DNA of 54,254 bases, counting the filler, from Bipalium vagum (Eukaryota), in the NCBI GenBank assembly GCA_037834085.1. It is 3 parts of 3 records of this genome, joined end to end, with 100 filler letters (N's around TTAATTAATTAA, not from the genome) between each part and the next. Parts side by side here need not be neighbours in the genome. Positions count along the whole stretch, not along the records: positions 1 to 15,789 come from JBBMKC010145583.1; positions 15,890 to 35,915 come from JBBMKC010262279.1; 1 more part is not named here. One strand, given 5' to 3'. The translations under genes were made by a program, and so were the position numbers. Below the pieces are notes generated by a model. The model had not been told where the DNA came from, searched no databases, and was given only the letters and a program-made list of their open reading frames with translations. Every line of letters starts with the position of its first letter. The first letter of the stretch is position 1. Of the stretch, positions 13,341 to 25,140 are shown piece after piece.

Positions 13341-15789
13341 TTTGTTTTTTTATTTATTATTTATTTCAACAGATTTTTTTTCTAATTTTATTTTTAAATA
13401 TAATAATTGAGATTTTATTTTAGAATTTTTTTACGAAGCTATTTTAATTTTATATATTAATTTCTAATAAAAATAATATAATTATTGTTAAAATTAATTA
13501 GTAAACTTTTTTATAAAAAAAACATAATTGATTTTATTTATGAACATTTACTAAGCCTAACCTCAAAAATTTTGAATATTGATGCATTGATTTGGTTTTT
13601 TGATTTTGATTTTTGAACCCCTTTGTGAAAAATGTTAAATACATTTAAACAATAAAGTTATATCACTGAAAATCGTCGTTGTTTTGAGACCGATGCTTCT
13701 GCAAAAAAGATATTTTGCTTGTTAAATTCTGTGGAACTTTTCATTCTAGAATAAAAATATGTAATTATTACAAAAAAAATGTCAGATTTGGATATTACTT
13801 CATATTTCACAAATAAAAAACCAACAAAAATTATCAGAATAATCAAAAAGTTTTAGAAAGAGAAACAATCAATTATTGTCCAGCTCGTTAAGCGATGGTA
13901 ATCAAATAATATCAATGTGAAATCCCAATTTGTTTGCATATCCACGATTCACAGAAATGCAAAGGAGAATCACACCGTCAAATCAGAATCAAATCAGACA
14001 TCAGAAATAATTTACAGACAGGCGAATCTTAAACGAGATGGAAGTGTCGTTTAAGATATATTTCTTCTTGTTTTAAATGAAATTCTAATAAAAAGTAAAT
14101 AAACCATTTAATTTTATTTCTCTCATTATTCAGTTTGCTAAAATTTTATTTTAGAATTCTCCATAAACATTTAAATATTTGATGATGATGATGATGATGT
14201 GAAAGCAACTGTTATATTATCAAAACATTCAAGAACACTATCAAGGCAAAAAGCGTGAATGAAATCAATTTTATAAAAAACTAACTAGTCTTCGAAAGTC
14301 AATTAAAATTTCATCAAGCTCTAGAGATTCAAAGTTAAATATAAAGTTCAAATGTATAGTAATGCAAATGCCTTGTAACAAAATTGTCTAGTTTTATAAA
14401 ATCGTTTACTGATTATTGTAAAACAATAAGACATCAACGCGTTGATGTAAATAGAAATCGAAAGACTAAATATTTTGATCGAAAAGAATTTCCAAGACAA
14501 TGAAAAGTCACTTCAATTGTTGAGTGTGCAGAATAAACAAATTTTGTTAGTGTTTTTTGAGAATTGTGCATTATTTTCATTGAAAAATAAGGAATATTCT
14601 AAATTCAAATAATGAAATACTCTGAAAAAATAATTAATACTTTTAATCAAGTAAAAATAGAAGAACCCGGAGTTTAAGTTTAAAACAATAACTTTATTTA
14701 TATTAAAATAATTAACTATTTATTATTCTACGAAATTGAAAGTCATTATTTAATTTTTAAAAAATCAAGAAAATAATCTTGGTTTCTTGATGAATCAAAA
14801 GATTTTAAAAAATTAAATCACTATAATTTTTTATATTTTTTTAAAAAAGGAAACTAATGAATCTATAATTACATATTCGATTTTGGGTAAAATGTGATAT
14901 CAAAAAATTAAAATTATTTTTTTCAAAACTTGATTTAATAGTGGCAGTTGAATTTGTATTAAGAATGATAATTTTAAACGTGGGTTTGTAGTACTTCAAA
15001 AATGTAGCTTAAGGAAAAGAAAATGATTTTTTTATTAATATAATTTTAGGATTGTTATGATTATCCATTCTTATTTTCGATTAAACTGAAAACTTCTTGA
15101 TAGACATTTAATATTTTCCATAGAAATTATGCATATACTATATAAAATGATGTACTCATTTCCAATGAATGATAACAGATTAAATTGGATTGATTGAGCA
15201 ACAGAAGCAATAATTCAGATGAAATTCGTTAAAATAAATAAGTGGTCCTTTTTCATAGAAAAAATTATATTACAATTTTTCCTAATAGATCAGTAAAAGT
15301 TAAATTAATGCTAAGTTTATATTTGCTTTGAAAGTAAAATAGGTTTTTTGTGATTTAAGATACAAATAATTTAAACATTCTTAATAGTCTTTAATCTGTA
15401 ATTTCACGCTTTCGGGACAAGAAAATGAGCAATTTTTTGTTTTAAATTATAAAATCAATGTTATATAATCACTAATTTATTAAAAAGTATATGATCAATC
15501 ATAAATATTTATTTAAAATAATCCAATAATGTGATTTTTTAATTTTTCTCTATTTTTAAATCAAGTTCTTTTTGAATTGAAATAGTCCTTTGATTCTTAA
15601 CCATTTATCCTCAGACTGTTTTCCGAATATTTTATAATTAGCTTGATAATAATAATAATAAAATAAATCAAATTGCATTAATAAAGTAAGCATTTCTGGT
15701 TTGAGTATCGATCTACACTCCTTTAATTAAGTCTGTTCACCCCCGTTTATTTTATTAAGAAATTTCATTTTCAAAAGATTAAATACACA

Positions 15790-15889
15790 NNNNNNNNNNN
15801 NNNNNNNNNNNNNNNNNNNNNNNNNNNNNNNNNTTAATTAATTAANNNNNNNNNNNNNNNNNNNNNNNNNNNNNNNNNNNNNNNNNNNN
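15790..15889. other. Artificial scaffold join (N44-TTAATTAATTAA-N44)
   Basis: Exactly 100 bp with an all-frame stop linker. An identical copy lies at 35916-36015. Confidence 0.95.
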
Positions 15890-16068
15890 ACATCATAAAA
15901 TTTGACATTAAAAATAGATAAAAATAAAATGACTATGCTAAATAGATTTACCTTTTCAAGAGCTTTTTTTCATATATAATATTGCGCCAAAAAATATAGT
16001 AATAATGAAGCAGTAAAACAATTTCAATTTATTAAAAAAACGCATATAACTTTTGACTCAACCTGGTA
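15890..16068. mobile_element. Mariner terminal fragment
   Basis: TAACTTTTGACTCAACCTGGTA matches the TIR of the mariner ending at about 45691 (TAACTTTTGACTCAACCTGATA). Confidence 0.6.
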
Positions 16069-16199
16069 ATATAACACTAATCAGGGTTTTATTAGTTATA
16101 ATATAAATAAAAATCAAACAGAAAATCAATTTTATTTATACCAATGGATTTGCTGCAATACGATATTCGAAAATTAATTTGGGCAAATATCAAGAAAAT

Positions 16200-17425
16200 C
16201 CTCACATATTTATTAAATTTATTTCGAAGATTTCCTTCAGAAGTTATTGTTGCCTTTCCTTGAGTTTGCACAACGGATCTGTACTGTTTTGGTCAGACCT
16301 GGCAACTTTACACTAGTAAAATAACTATGAACTGATATCAACAAAAAGGTGCCTCATGTGTAGTAAAAGACATGAATCCAACAAACTACCCACAACTGAG
16401 GCCCATTGTAAAATATTGGGCAATAATGAAAAGAAAACTCCTAAAAACAAAAGATTTTGTAAAAAGTGTAAAAGATTTGCGCCGAAATTAGAAAATGGTG
16501 GCAGATATATTAACGGAAGATGATGTGCAACGGTTGTTTGAGAGTATTGTTACTATTATACTCTAACAAAGTAACTTTCACTCGTATATCAACAACTCCT
16601 CATTTAAATGTGTTGCGTTCGTAATTCTATTGTCGCTGCACAAAGTTAAACTCGATTTGAATCAAAACAATCACAATTAAACTTTATTGAATAACGCAAA
16701 AACAATCGCTACACTCGTCGTAAAATTTCAATCAAAATCGTTAAAGATCTAAAATCGAAATTGTCTCAAAATCAAAACGTTCAGTTATCTGAAAATCAAA
16801 GAAAAACAAAAACAAATAATTCACAAAAATCTCAAATTTGAGATGAGTAAAATGAAGTTTTTGTTAATCATAAAAATAAAAATTAAAGATATCCTCACTA
16901 GTAGCGACAACGGGCTCCGGGTCGACCTCTAGGTCCTTTGCCCGTCACCTAGGGATTCCCAAACTCGTTGGGTCCCCTAATAAATCCTGTTGCATTGTCA
17001 TCTGGTTTTTCCTCTGACAAAATTATGATCCAAAGTGTTTCTTCTGACGATAATTATTCTGGGCATTTTATGAGAATAGTCGTCTCCTTATATAGTCGTA
17101 GAGATTGGTCTATGATCATCAATCCCTACGCTCAGAGACCGCTATTTCCCCTAATAGCCGTTAATCAAACTCTGTCTCCACGCCGAGATATATTCCGATT
17201 GAAATTTGCAGTCCACACGAAAACGACTGTCAAAAAATCCATTAGCCTAATATATCAAAATTCCCACGGCGAAATTTTGATATAAGGCTTTTGGAAAATT
17301 TTTTTAAAAATTATTATTATTATTAATTTTTATTATTACTCTTATCAATATTATCGTTATTATTATTAATTCCAGAACCCAACAGTATGAAGTCTAACAT
17401 CCGGAATTTTAAGTTCTTCTCCTAA
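16200..17425 (+). mobile_element. IS630-Tc1-mariner (DD37E-like) transposase relic interrupted by an insertion
   Basis: DLATLH...MNPTNYPQLRPIVKYWAIMKRKL. The C-terminus VQRLFES|MKSNIRNF rejoins in frame across 16548-17384. Confidence 0.7.
16548..17384. mobile_element. Solo-LTR-like insertion (837 bp)
   Basis: Ends TGTTAC...CCCAACA with a 4-bp TSD GTAT on both sides (16544-16547, 17385-17388). It splits a transposase frame. Confidence 0.65.
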
Positions 17426-18284
17426 ATCAGAATACTTTTTTCAACTCTTATCTAGTTGAAGGGGAATTTATGGAGAAATCCTTCTCCTTTTATAGTATTC
17501 TGGTCGACGACTAATCAGTCTTAGATTAGTTTTATTAATGGGAAATGTCAATTCCCTTTTTGAATCATTAATTCTAAATCGATCTCTCCTTGCGGACCTG
17601 ATTAAATCTTGGCAATTTAAGTTCGCCTTTGTCAATATTAGGTCCCTAAAAAAATAATTTATTGCCTTTTTTCCTTTTTAATTAGCTAAAATTATTAATT
17701 AATTATTATTCTTAGTATTATTATCATGATTATGATTATTATTATTCTTACTATTTTGGGCACAATTTCACAATTTTCATTTGGGACAGGTGGGTGCTTG
17801 GGTAAATCCAACACATGTTATTCTAATACTCTGCCATGAACGGTGAATAGTTTTTTCATTTTTCTTTCTATGTATTAGTAACAATCATTTCAAACATTTC
17901 ATTTATTTATTTTCAATGTTATCTGTTTTCAAAATCTTTTCATTCTTTATGCAAAAATTATTTCTTTTATATATATAATGTCATCTAATATTTAATTTTT
18001 GACTTAATAATTAAATTCAGGATTTTCTGTTGAACTTTAAAAAATAAAAATATTTTTGACAGAAATCTTATGAAATTTTTATCTCAAGAGATTGTAAATA
18101 TATTTATTTAGATTTGTTAAAATTTACTAAATATCCTTTTCGAACGCAGAGAACAATTTGAAAGTGTAAAAAATTGATTAACTTTCAATCGGAAAATTGA
18201 CTTTTTAATCGACATCAATTTTAAATTTAAGTCAATTCACGTTTAATTGGAACACTTCTAATTGTCATCTTTCATTTTCAGAAT

Positions 18285-19040
18285 ATGTCATCCAGTTTTA
18301 AAGTCTTTGTCGTTGGTCATACCGGACTGGTGGGCAAACAATTCCTTGATCTGATTGCCGAAGATTCAAGATTTCGTGAAATCGTTCTGTTCGGCCGAAG
18401 GTTGGTCGATCTGAATTACGGTGAAAACAATAACAAGATCGACCAGAAATTGATTGACTTTGACAAGTTAAGCGAGCATGGCGAGTTATTTAGGGATAAT
18501 TTTGATGGCGGCTTTTGTTGTCTTGGCACGACTCGTAGCAGGTCCGGCAAAGAAGGTTTTATTAAGGTCGATTATAATTACACCTTGAAAGTCGCTGAAT
18601 TGGCGCGACAAGGAAATTGTAAGCAGTTCCATTTGATATCAACGGGAGTAAATTTCTTTTTGATTTTAGTTTAAATGAATGAAACGCGTAATTTTTATTA
18701 GGCTGGCAATCCTAAAAGCTGTTTATTATACCTTCAAGTCAAGGGTAAAGTTGCGGAAGCCATTTGTAGATTAAAGTTTCCAAAGCTCTCTATTTATCAA
18801 CCTGGAGTGTTGAGTGGACAGCGAGCCGAGAATCGATTGGTGGAATCTGCACTGAAAACGGTACTCAAACCGATTTCCTATTTCCGTCCGACCTGGTTAA
18901 CCACGCCCGTTGAAGTCTTAGCCAGAGCCATGGTAAATAACTTTGTTGACGGTTTACCAAATGTTGAGTCCATCACTGAAGAAAACAATGTGAAAATTTT
19001 GGATAACAATCAAATTTTTCAGTTGGGTTCTCCAAAGTAG
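18285..19040 (+). CDS. HTATIP2: Oxidoreductase HTATIP2/TIP30/CC3 (atypical SDR), 233 aa, 2 exons
   Basis: Exons 18285-18647 and 18702-19040 with a 54-nt GT-AG intron. Motifs GHTGLVG, GFCCLGTTR, GFIKVDYNY, YLQVKG, SIYQPGVL, VLARAMV. Confidence 0.93.
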
Positions 19041-20747
19041 CTTTCGCTTTTCATCCTTCACGTCGACAAATTAGGCTTCTTTTATGCATAACAACTTTGC
19101 TTTCTTATATTCTTTGTCCCCCATTATAATTATTTGTTTATATTGATGTATTCAATGATTTATTTCCAAATCAATACATTGTCAATCAATGAATCTATAC
19201 CGAATTTACAGTTGACAGTTCTTAAATGTATCGTCTGGGCTTGTTATACTTTGCTTCGTATATATTTTTTACTTTGGAAATAATTTAGTTATACAAATAC
19301 AGAAGAAAGTTTATGTAGAGAATTTTAAGAAAATCTGCAATGAAAAACTGAACCTTTTAAAGTATCATCAACAAAAATAATCAGGAAAGAAAGAATGTTT
19401 CAAGAGAAGACGAAAGAAGGTCAAGCTGTTATCAAGGCAAAGGAGAGATCATATTGTTTTACTGAATAAAATTATATTTTTATTTTGTGTAAATGATATA
19501 ATTATTTCATAATCGCGATTAAGGTAAAATAATAATAAAATAAAATCGATTATTTTTAATAAATAAAATAAAATACTTGAGCATACCATAGAAAATTTTA
19601 ACGTAAATTATGACAAAATCATACTAATAATTATTATGTCAAGTTATCCATTTAAAATTTAATAACTAATTAATTATTAATAACTAAAATAATATTAGAT
19701 GTACTAATTATGATTACGATTTTTAAGATGCCGTTAAAATTCGGCTTTCTTCATTTGTATATTCTTAAAATCAAAAATGCGTTGTTATATTAATTGTTTT
19801 CTTAGAAATCATATGCAAAATTAATTGCGGACTTTCAAAGTGTATCTAAAAGTGCAACACATGAATCGTAATTGAACAATTGAAGGTGAATCCGTTACAT
19901 TGACGCAAACGTAATAAAATAATAATAATAATAATACACTCTGGGCTGTAATGTTACTTTTAGACTTCTGAATGAATCTTCATTTCCTTGTTCTTACCAA
20001 ACTTGTCTTTATAATCGTTATACTTTCTTCCTCCAACAAATTACAAAACGGACACAGAACTCGTCATTTTGATCCCCAATAGTTTTAATTGTTGTCAAGG
20101 ACTTTGATATATAAATAATTGCGCCAAACTACCATTTTTGTTTGTTTGACTGAACATACGTTAACATCTTATCAATCGTCACATTAATATATTTAATATC
20201 GTTCAAAATAACTTAGAGAGAAGTAATTTAAATTATAGCATTACTTTGTTTATATTCTTAAGACATATTTTAGATATTTTTATTAATAAAGTTGTTTTAA
20301 TTAATTATTTTTTGAAACGGTCTAGAACTTCGGCATTGATCTATTCTAGCAGACTACAGTCTATTCAGATGAACTTGTAGAGCTAATTTTTGATAATTTT
20401 CCTAGTGATTTTTGAATGATTTGAATTTTCAAGTTTGTTTTAATGAACGTATTTATAATCGATCTCGAAATTCATTGTTCGGTGTAATAATAAAAAAAAT
20501 TTCATACGGTCATCGGTTGTTGAGATTAATATTATTAAAATATTATAAATGTCATTAATATTAATTACTTAAAATTTAATATTATAAAAAACATGTAAAA
20601 TTTTATTTAATTATAACTATTTTTTATTATTATTATTGATTTTTTAATTAATTAATTAATTAATATTTATTTTATTATTATTAAAAAAAAATTTTTTTAA
20701 TTTATTTATATTTTTATTATAATTATTATTATTTATTAATTTTATTT

Positions 20748-20886
20748 NNNNNNNNNNNNNNNNNNNNNNNNNNNNNNNNNNNNNNNNNNNNNNNNNNNNN
20801 NNNNNNNNNNNNNNNNNNNNNNNNNNNNNNNNNNNNNNNNNNNNNNNNNNNNNNNNNNNNNNNNNNNNNNNNNNNNNNNNNNNNNN
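20748..20886. other. Assembly gap
   Basis: Run of N. Confidence 0.99.
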
Positions 20887-21350
20887 ATGTATATTTAAAA
20901 ATAAAAAGAAAAATAAAATTTTACTTATTTTGGCTTTTAAATATCGTTGTCTTCCATTTAAAAACATTAAGAAATCTTTCATAGACATGAGTACATGTTT
21001 CGCAGAATTTGTTTTGTTAAAGCGAAAATTGACAGAAGGGAAGTCGAACATTCTTCATTACATAATAAAAGAATGGTCGTTTCTTTCACCATAAAATGCT
21101 ATTTTTTCAACTAAATATTTTTACAGGAGACAAGAAGTATTATTTATTAATTCTGTTACAGCAAAAGTGTCCACAAAATCCAATTTACCAATGCATATTT
21201 TGTTCTCATAATTTCTTATTATGCGTGATTTTCTTTGCAGATCTTTTGTAACGTGTCAGGTTGTATCATCGATTAAAGCTGTATGAGGGTTGAGATCCAT
21301 TAGATTATTAAGAGCCTTTATTAAGAATATATTTCGATTGGGATTGGGCT

Positions 21351-23040
21351 CTATAACCAGTCCCCGGCATGTTTTAATAATGAATGACCTATTCCTTCAG
21401 CTCTTCGGTCACTGAAGCTCATTTGAATCAATTCTTCTTCGCTAAGAAATTTCCGACCCGAAGAGAGTTTGGAAGTCTCGTCGGTATTATCATTTTGCAG
21501 AGACGATAAAATATTTTCATTGAGAGATCCATGAAAACTGATCTTGTTTCTGTTACTGACTGTTGTTATTCCATGGACTCGTTCCATGTGTCTTTCTCTA
21601 TTTGATTTTGTAGAAAAATTCTTTGAACATCTGATACACTGAAAGGGTTTATGGGCTAAATGGAAAAGTCAGAAACAAAGAAAAACATAACCATACCGAT
21701 ATGGGTGAGCATATGACGCATTAGAGAGCTGTTCCAAGGAAATTTCTGAGCGCATCCGTTCATGGGACATCGAATCAGCTTAGGGGCATCTTTATAAGAG
21801 TTCTTTTTACACCTCAAATTTGACCAGACTTCAGTCTCATCAGTGGAATTGAACATAGCTGAGGACATCAAATTGGTCGTTGAGTTTGATAAGAAAGAAT
21901 TCTGAAATGAATCGGGACTCGGCAATTTGCTTACGCTTAAATCCAAAGGTATCTCACAAGTTTCTTTAACTCTATCGATAAATCTCCGCACCGGATTTAC
22001 TGGAAAACGTTTTCATTAAAAGAAAAGAATTAAAAATATATTCTACTTCTTCTCTCTCGATATTTTCGACAGATCTTTTTCGCTAAAATTTTATTTAACA
22101 TGGAACATCGTTTGTTTGTGACAGGACCTTTGTATATTTCAGAAATGTCTTTCACATCTGTAACCGATTCGGATTTTGTGGAAAGATTGAGAACGTCTTC
22201 CAAAATGTTTGGAGGGCTTGCAGTACTTTTATATGTTTTCAGAGAATTCTTAAAAAGATCCAAAAGAATATTGGAGTTCGGTTTCGGATGGAAATGTGAC
22301 TGGGAAAATTTGTTGTAAATCAATGGGAAATGGGCCAAAAACGGCAACTGGAAATGCGATAAAAGTGGATTATGAAATAACAGTGGTGGAGGGTTTGGTT
22401 CGAAAGTCGGTTTTGAGCAAAAAACGTTGTTGGAAAGATAAGTTGCATGTGATCCGTGGGACGTTTTGTTATGGCGACTTAAATTTCCGTTGGTTGTGAA
22501 TTTTTTGCCGCAATTTAAGCAATCAAATGGCCTGTGATCTGGATTGAGCGATTTATTAAAGGTTTTCAGATAAGAAATTATCTCACTAGAGTGCGTTAAC
22601 AAATGTCTTTCTAGAGAACTGTTAGAGCTGAGCTCCTTTCCGCACAGACAACACAAATGTCTTCCGTCCACCGGTCGGTATTGTAACTGATGTTGGTGCA
22701 AATGTTCCGTTAAACTTTTCCGTCCTTCAATTTTCTCTATAGGACAAAGTGGACATTTAAAAAGCTCTTTCCCTGAAATGGATTCCTCAAATGGCAAGAT
22801 CTTGTGAAAATATTTCAATAATTTATATCATTAAAACAATCCATTTACTTTGCATTCGTACCTCAACCTCGGATTTGGCTTGGTTAATGAATGTAAATTA
22901 TCCACGAAAAACTTGGAGAAAACTGGAACATTTTCATATTCATTCTTAACGGTGAGAAAATCATTAATTAAATAACGTGGTTAATAAATTTCATGAATTA
23001 CCTTGATTAAGGCATTGTATGGAAGGAACCCGTTGAACAT
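21351..23040 (-). CDS. RREB1: RREB1/hindsight(pebbled)-like C2H2 zinc-finger protein, about 482 aa, 6 exons, 5 fingers
   Basis: Exons 23040-23002, 22944-22849, 22800-22587, 22538-22047, 21999-21697, 21655-21351. Diagnostic fingers CGKELSSNSSLERHLLTH, CGKKFTTNGNLSRH, KFPWNSSLMRHMLTH, FSTKSNRERH match the RREB1-family N-terminal and C-terminal clusters. Confidence 0.85.
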
Positions 23041-23069
23041 ACTTTTTAGACCTGGGATCAAAATGAAAG

Positions 23070-23375
23070 TTTCAAAAATGTGTGGAGCTCAAGTCGACAG
23101 CGTGGTGAAATAAATAAAACTCAGTCCGCGTTGACTCAATACACAACACACAGCACCATGTATTGTCAGGTATGCGTTTGTCATTGAGTTTCTTTGTGTG
23201 TGTCGTTCGATTGCAGCTACTCATTGGTGATCGGTTTGACATGCACTGATTGGCTGCGGTGTGTACTGCAAACACTTCATAGTTTAATGGTAACCAGTGA
23301 CCATTGATGAGGAAATGATGAGCGGGATTGCGATTAAAATAATATCCAAGCAACTTGATTGGTTGGATATAAAGT
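23070..23375 (-). promoter_or_regulatory. Putative promoter/5' regulatory island of the RREB1-like gene
   Basis: GC-richer non-repetitive block directly upstream of the ATG, with three CCAAT boxes on the minus strand (ATTGG on plus at about 23223, 23250, 23359). Confidence 0.4.
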
Positions 23376-24779
23376 TTTTGAATATTATAATTTTAATAAT
23401 AATAAAAATAATAATTTTTTATTTTTAGTATTATTTTTTTTCCTATTTCAGTTTTAATTATAAACATTTTTTTTTGGTAATCTTTTCATTAGGACTACCT
23501 GTGTAGACTACCTTTTCAACATTTTTATTTTTTTATTGAGCAATTACTTAAATATTTCACGTGGTTATGAATATTTTATACCATTTCATAAAATTGAACT
23601 TTAGTTATTAAGGTTCCCAAAGAAAGTCAGTTTAAAGCTTTCACTTATTAGAGAACTTATCGCATTTAGGAACAACAATTCACTTAGGCTTAAGCCGTAA
23701 AATTATATCCGAATTTGCCTCAGCAACACTAAATATAAATATGTAATAAAAGTAACTGTTAAGTCAAGAATTGCCAAATGTTTCCGTCTCTACGTTAATT
23801 TATTACGGTTAGAGATGAGTTGTTTTAATGTGCTCTGGATTTTATTTACCCATTTTACCCATTTTACCCATTTACGCTATTCGAATTGTTTGTTTGCGCC
23901 TCTGGAGACAAAATCCTGCAACGAACAGAAACTGTAATTATTTACTTTGACCGGAACCACAGCGTTCCTTCCAGGGCAAGCATGATCAATTAATTACTTT
24001 TTTTATTTGATTGAAAAAAAATTCCACCATTTTATTTTGTGAATGTATTTTTCACTTAATCACACCAATGTTGTCCCTAATTCATTGTGAACTGGTCTGA
24101 ATATTGTTCATCAATTGAGAGAGTACGTCCAGTATTACGTTGATTATTTTTCCTTTTAACCATTCAATTAAGTCTTTGTTGCTTAACTTTAAAACTTTCA
24201 TTTAGTATGGATAAGAGAAAACCTTGAAAAGATTGGCAACCATTAAAGGATTTCGTAACCTCATTTTGTTATCTAAACCTGTAATATTTTGGAAAGATGA
24301 AATCTCAGTGTAACGAATTCTGCATTTAAAGAAAATTGATCAACAAGAAAAACCCAACCCATAAAAAAATTTTCATATATATCATATGTGATTATTGTTT
24401 TATTTCAATTTTCGGATACGTTTCGCTTATATCTGCATTAATTTCTTGAAGATCGACGTAAAGCTCAAAAGCAGTGAAGTGATAAAAGAAAATGATCATT
24501 GTATTAGGGTTGTAGGTAATGGACTCGTCGCTATAACTTGTAAGAGACATCCTAAGGAAATAATGTTGACTATGAATATAACATAAATCTAATCCACTTA
24601 GCTTATTAAAAATTTGAGATTCAAATACAAGACTCGTATAAAGTAAATTACAGATTTTGGGGATCAGCGAAAATAATTTTTCATAATTAAATAACATTTT
24701 GCTAAGAAATAGAATTTCCGAAATTTAATGCAAGCGTTTTATTGAATAATAATAAATTGATTTTATCGAATTTAATTTC

Positions 24780-25140
24780 AGTAAATTCGAATTTTAATAA
24801 TCTTCTCCATTGAAGAAGTGCAAATTGTTTTACTGATAGCTAAAATGAAATCAGTCACATTAGTTATACGGCATTTAGAAAACTTGAAATGGAAAAAGAA
24901 GCCTATAGCAAGGACAAATAGAAAGATACTTGCAAAATTCAAAAAGACTGGAAGTGTTTGTGATCTTTGGAAATCTGGAAGACCATCAATTGAAGATGAA
25001 TAAAAAGGCGAATTAAGTCACACTTATGAAGAAGCACCTGAGATAAAATTGCATAAATTTTCTATTTCGCAAATAATAAAAACAGAACTAAATTTCGATG
25101 AATGGAATTTACAGACTTCTTGAAAACAGGTTTTACTCCT
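24780..25140 (+). mobile_element. Tc1/mariner-family transposase N-terminal (HTH) relic
   Basis: KILAKFKKTGSVCDLWKSGRPSI motif (F..TGSV.D..RSGRP type). Confidence 0.65.

Noticed and set aside
17750-17860. Exon-like minus-strand frame with internal TAA (RVLE*HVLDLPKHP); a similar TAA near 48993 suggested a variant genetic code
   Set aside because: About 1,800 conserved codons in RasGAP, RREB1, TIP30, DPY19 and PDX2 contain no in-frame TAA/TAG, and genes end in TAA/TAG. The standard code fits.
820-23040. Apparent Ras-pathway cluster (RasGAP, TIP30, RREB1)
   Set aside because: An artificial join separates the genes, and there is no evidence of co-regulation or conserved synteny.
23840-24200. 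Possible piggyBac relic (SIDEQ, KWWNF) and a 3x TTTTACCCA repeat
   Set aside because: Motifs are too short and no TTAA-flanked TIRs were found.
24395-24586. ORF with C-x12-C-x2-HPK resembling ribosomal protein L36
   Set aside because: It lacks the first zinc ligand and the HKQRQG end, and has no clean gene structure. Probably chance or TE debris.
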